DNA from: an uncultured Bacillota bacterium
GTDB taxonomy: Bacteria > Bacillota_I > Bacilli_A > RFN20 > CAG-826
Assembly: GCA_946623775.1 (NCBI GenBank)
Contig: CAMORJ010000002.1
Location: 1 to 47,243, forward strand
Length of the DNA: 47,243 bases
Direction: 5' to 3'
Shown here: positions 44,810 through 47,243 of the stretch, piece after piece
Position numbering within the stretch: the stretch's first letter is position 1
Layout of the letters: each line of letters starts with the position of its first letter
Position numbers and translations under genes: made by a program
Notes under the pieces: generated by a model
What the model saw: the letters and a program-made list of their open reading frames with translations, nothing else
Database searches by the model: none
What the model was told of the DNA's origin: nothing

Positions 44810-45292
44810 TTAGTTATCTTCTAGTAATTCTGCAAATGGGTGATTTTCTTCGTTCTCATCGGATAAATAATCCGCTGAATAGACGGTATATCCATCACCG
44901 TCTGGTGGAAGTTCTGAGCCCTCTTTTTTGGGAGCAAGAGGAACTTGGGAACGAAGAATGGAATATACTAGTTCCTCGAGTTCGAAGTAATTGCCGGGGA
45001 AGATATAGCCCTCCCCTTCCTCTTCCGGCGACTCCAATAAATCATAGATGTCGTCGACTTCGACTGGGTATTCAAAGCTCTCGCGTGTGCGCGCGTCCGT
45101 TAATATTAATATAGCGGAGACGTAAATGTTCGCGGTCAGGAATTCGTCGTTCCTCTCAATCAAACCTTCAACATAGGCGTCCTTGATCCCAAGCAAGGGA
45201 TAAGAAGAGGAAAAGTCGCGGCTCGAATAATCGAGTTCCTCTTGTAGTTCAAGAGGCCTAGCGTCGGTTATGGAAGAACGGTAGATCTTCAT
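44810..45292 (-). CDS. DUF177 (YceD/YlbN-like) acidic protein
   Basis: 160-aa acidic ORF with the typical layout (central region ...TDARTRESFEYPVE..., C-terminal acidic tail). It overlaps the pheT stop by 4 bp. Confidence 0.75.
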   Translation of the reverse strand: MKIYRSSITDARPLELQEELDYSSRDFSSSYPLLGIKDAYVEGLIERNDEFLTANIYVSAILILTDARTRESFEYPVEVDDIYDLLESPEEEGEGYIFPGNYFELEELVYSILRSQVPLAPKKEGSELPPDGDGYTVYSADYLSDENEENHPFAELLEDN

Positions 45293-47243
45293 GACCTGAC
45301 CTCAGCGCCGAATTTGACCGACAGCACGGAGATGGCTTTCTTGGTCGCATCGGCGATTTCCTCTTCCTTCAACGTCCTATCCGGGGCGAGGAAGGTGAGG
45401 GTGATGGCCATAGACTTCTTGCCGAGCACGATATTCGCTCCTTGATAAAGGTCGAACACCTGTACGTCGGAAAGAAGCGAGACGCCACGCATGAGTTCGC
45501 GTTTGATATCGCCATAAGAAACCTTTGCGTCGACCAAGAACGCAAGGTCGCGGAAGACGGCAGGGAAACGAGGCGGAATCGAAGCTTTCGGCATAGAGAC
45601 CTTCTGCTCAAGCAAGAAGGACAAATCAAGTTCCAACACGATGGCGGACTTAAGGTCGCGGGCTTTCAATTCATTGGGATGCAATTGGCCGAAATAGCCG
45701 ACGAGGCGCTTGCCCATCCTGACTTCGGCGGAGCGCCCGGGATGGAGTTCCTCACCGCCCAGCGACCAAGGAACGATTTGATAACGGTTCTCTTTCAGTC
45801 CGAAGATGGACATAATGCCGAGGAACAAGCCTTTCGCATCATAGAAATCATAGGGACGCGACTGCAATTTGCCTTGGAGCTCCCTTTCGCCGCTTAAGAC
45901 GACGGCGAGGTTTGTTCCTTTCCTGGACATGGAGTCGATGTCGGAGACCTCGAAGATCGCGAGGTTCTCGTTTTGTCGCGCTTTGTTATATGTGGCGACG
46001 GAGAGCAAGGAATGGGCTAGCCCTTTGCGCACCGCTTCTCTTTCGACGGTCATCGGGTTCTGCAAGACATAGGGTTCGCCTTCGTCAAGATATGCGAATC
46101 TCTTCGCGTCTTCCTTGGAGATTAGGGTGTAGGTCAAGACTTCAGAGACGCCATTTGCAAGCAAATATTGACGCACGGCCCTCTTCTTTTCCTGAATCGG
46201 AGTCAATCCGGTCAAAGCCAGTTCGGTATAGGGCAAGACGGATTTGACGTTCTCATAGCCTAAGATTCGGATGACTTCTTCCGAGATATCGGCAGGCCCT
46301 TCCATATCGATGCGATAAGCGGGAACGGCAAAACGATACTTGCCATTATCCTTAGATAAAAGCTCGAGGCCATCGCGGGAAAGGGCATTTAGGATCTCTT
46401 CCTCGGCAAAGGAAGTGCCAAGGCGCCCATTGATATAGGACAAGGAGACTTCGATGACTTTCCTATCATGGCTCAAGGTATCGTAATTGACGGTTTCATA
46501 GACTTCTTCAGCGCCGCAGATCTCTTTGAGCAAGGCGCTTGCCATGATTAAAACATCAAGGGCCTGATGGGGGTTGATGCCTTTGCAGAAACGAAGCGAG
46601 GAATCAGAGGCCAAGCCTAGGCGATTGCTGGTATGGCGGATGGAGGCATAGCCGAAATTGGCGGCCTCGATGGCGAGGTTGACGGTATTCTCGTCAACGC
46701 GGCACGCATCGGCGGTCATGATACCGGCCAGGCACATTGGCTGACCATCGGAAGTGACGACGAGGTCGCCTTTTTCCAGGCGATAGGTTTGGCCGTCCAT
46801 CGCCAAGAAGTCGCCTTCATAGTCATCGCGGACTATGAGGCTTTGCTTCGGCAGCTTATCGGCATCGTACATATTTAAAGGCTGGCCGGTGGCAAGCATG
46901 ACGTAGTTGCCGATATCGACGACGGCGTTGATGGAACGGATACCGCTTGCTTCAAGGGCAAGTTTCATCCAGCGCGGCGATTCGACCGTTTTCGAGCCTC
47001 TGACGAGGCGGATGGCGAATTGCGGGCACTTTTCCGATGCCGATCCAACCTCGAACGAGGACTTCTTTGCGGCGTAATCCTTATATTGAGGAAGGCTGAG
47101 TTTGCGTTCCATAAGGCAAGACGCCTCGCGGGCAATGTTATTGACGGCATAGAGGTCAGGGCGATTCGGCAAAACCGAAATATCGACAACCGCATCGTCT
47201 AAGCCAAGATAGCCGAGAACGTTCTCATCCCCCACTTTCGCAT
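45289..47243 (-). CDS. pheT: phenylalanine--tRNA ligase beta subunit, 5'-truncated by the window edge
   Basis: The reading frame stays open to the window end. B3/4, B5, core and C-terminal FDX-ACB domains are recognisable (SNRPDLYAV-type motif NRPDLYAVNNIAREA; C-terminus ...LSVKFGAEVRS). Confidence 0.93.
   Translation of the reverse strand, partial: AKVGDENVLGYLGLDDAVVDISVLPNRPDLYAVNNIAREASCLMERKLSLPQYKDYAAKKSSFEVGSASEKCPQFAIRLVRGSKTVESPRWMKLALEASGIRSINAVVDIGNYVMLATGQPLNMYDADKLPKQSLIVRDDYEGDFLAMDGQTYRLEKGDLVVTSDGQPMCLAGIMTADACRVDENTVNLAIEAANFGYASIRHTSNRLGLASDSSLRFCKGINPHQALDVLIMASALLKEICGAEEVYETVNYDTLSHDRKVIEVSLSYINGRLGTSFAEEEILNALSRDGLELLSKDNGKYRFAVPAYRIDMEGPADISEEVIRILGYENVKSVLPYTELALTGLTPIQEKKRAVRQYLLANGVSEVLTYTLISKEDAKRFAYLDEGEPYVLQNPMTVEREAVRKGLAHSLLSVATYNKARQNENLAIFEVSDIDSMSRKGTNLAVVLSGERELQGKLQSRPYDFYDAKGLFLGIMSIFGLKENRYQIVPWSLGGEELHPGRSAEVRMGKRLVGYFGQLHPNELKARDLKSAIVLELDLSFLLEQKVSMPKASIPPRFPAVFRDLAFLVDAKVSYGDIKRELMRGVSLLSDVQVFDLYQGANIVLGKKSMAITLTFLAPDRTLKEEEIADATKKAISVLSVKFGAEVRS

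Noticed and set aside
1-47243. Searched by eye for CRISPR repeats, IS/transposase or integrase genes, phage genes, toxin-antitoxin pairs, restriction-modification genes or other defence genes, and rRNA or other large ncRNAs.
   Set aside because: None was found. Every ORF over 60 aa that is not a shadow ORF is accounted for by a housekeeping or membrane-associated gene. The intergenic spacers are too short for such elements.

Overview
All family calls below come from motif recognition by eye, because no searches could be run.

This window is a densely packed, almost entirely minus-strand block of core housekeeping genes. The organism looks like a moderate-GC Bacillota-type (Firmicute-like) bacterium using the standard genetic code: TGA is used as a stop and Trp is TGG.

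Transcription runs from high to low coordinates. In that order the genes are:
- pheT (5' end cut by the window edge) and a DUF177 gene
- an unknown 121-aa gene, nfeD and an SPFH/stomatin gene
- mraZ, rsmH, an ftsL-like gene, ftsA and ftsZ
- degV
- T-box-ileS, lspA and rluD
- rnhC on the plus strand
- mutS2 and uvrC
- tRNA-Arg(UCU)
- a plsC-like gene on the plus strand
- a helical-repeat protein, tig, lon and engB
- T-box-valS
- a 63-aa membrane protein and radC
- two paralogous acyltransferases
- L21 leader, rplU, prp and rpmA
- a GT2 glycosyltransferase, obg, a candidate 31-aa sORF, ruvA and ruvB
- secDF, recJ, relA, hisS and aspS

The order looks like a compressed version of several conserved Bacillus subtilis gene neighbourhoods. 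The cell-wall and cell-shape genes are missing at exactly the positions where Bacillus has them: pbp/mur/ftsW/divIB in the dcw cluster, mreBCD-minCD after radC, and sepF/divIVA before ileS. This fits a streamlined, possibly wall-less (Mollicutes-like) lineage, but one window cannot prove it.

I found no CRISPR array, transposase, integrase, prophage, toxin-antitoxin pair or recognisable defence island. I therefore do not claim a clear novel system. The best candidates for undescribed biology are:
1. The tandem acyltransferase/Zn-ribbon paralogs that occupy the mreBCD-minCD position.
2. The uncharacterised first gene of the nfeD-SPFH operon.
3. Two small transmembrane ORFs joined by ATGA overlaps to ruvA and radC.
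4. GTGGGAAA direct repeats lying on the mraZ ribosome-binding site and start codon.
5. A five-His-codon tail at the end of hisS, which has no T-box.
6. A 24-nt hairpin that recurs at two distant intergenic sites.
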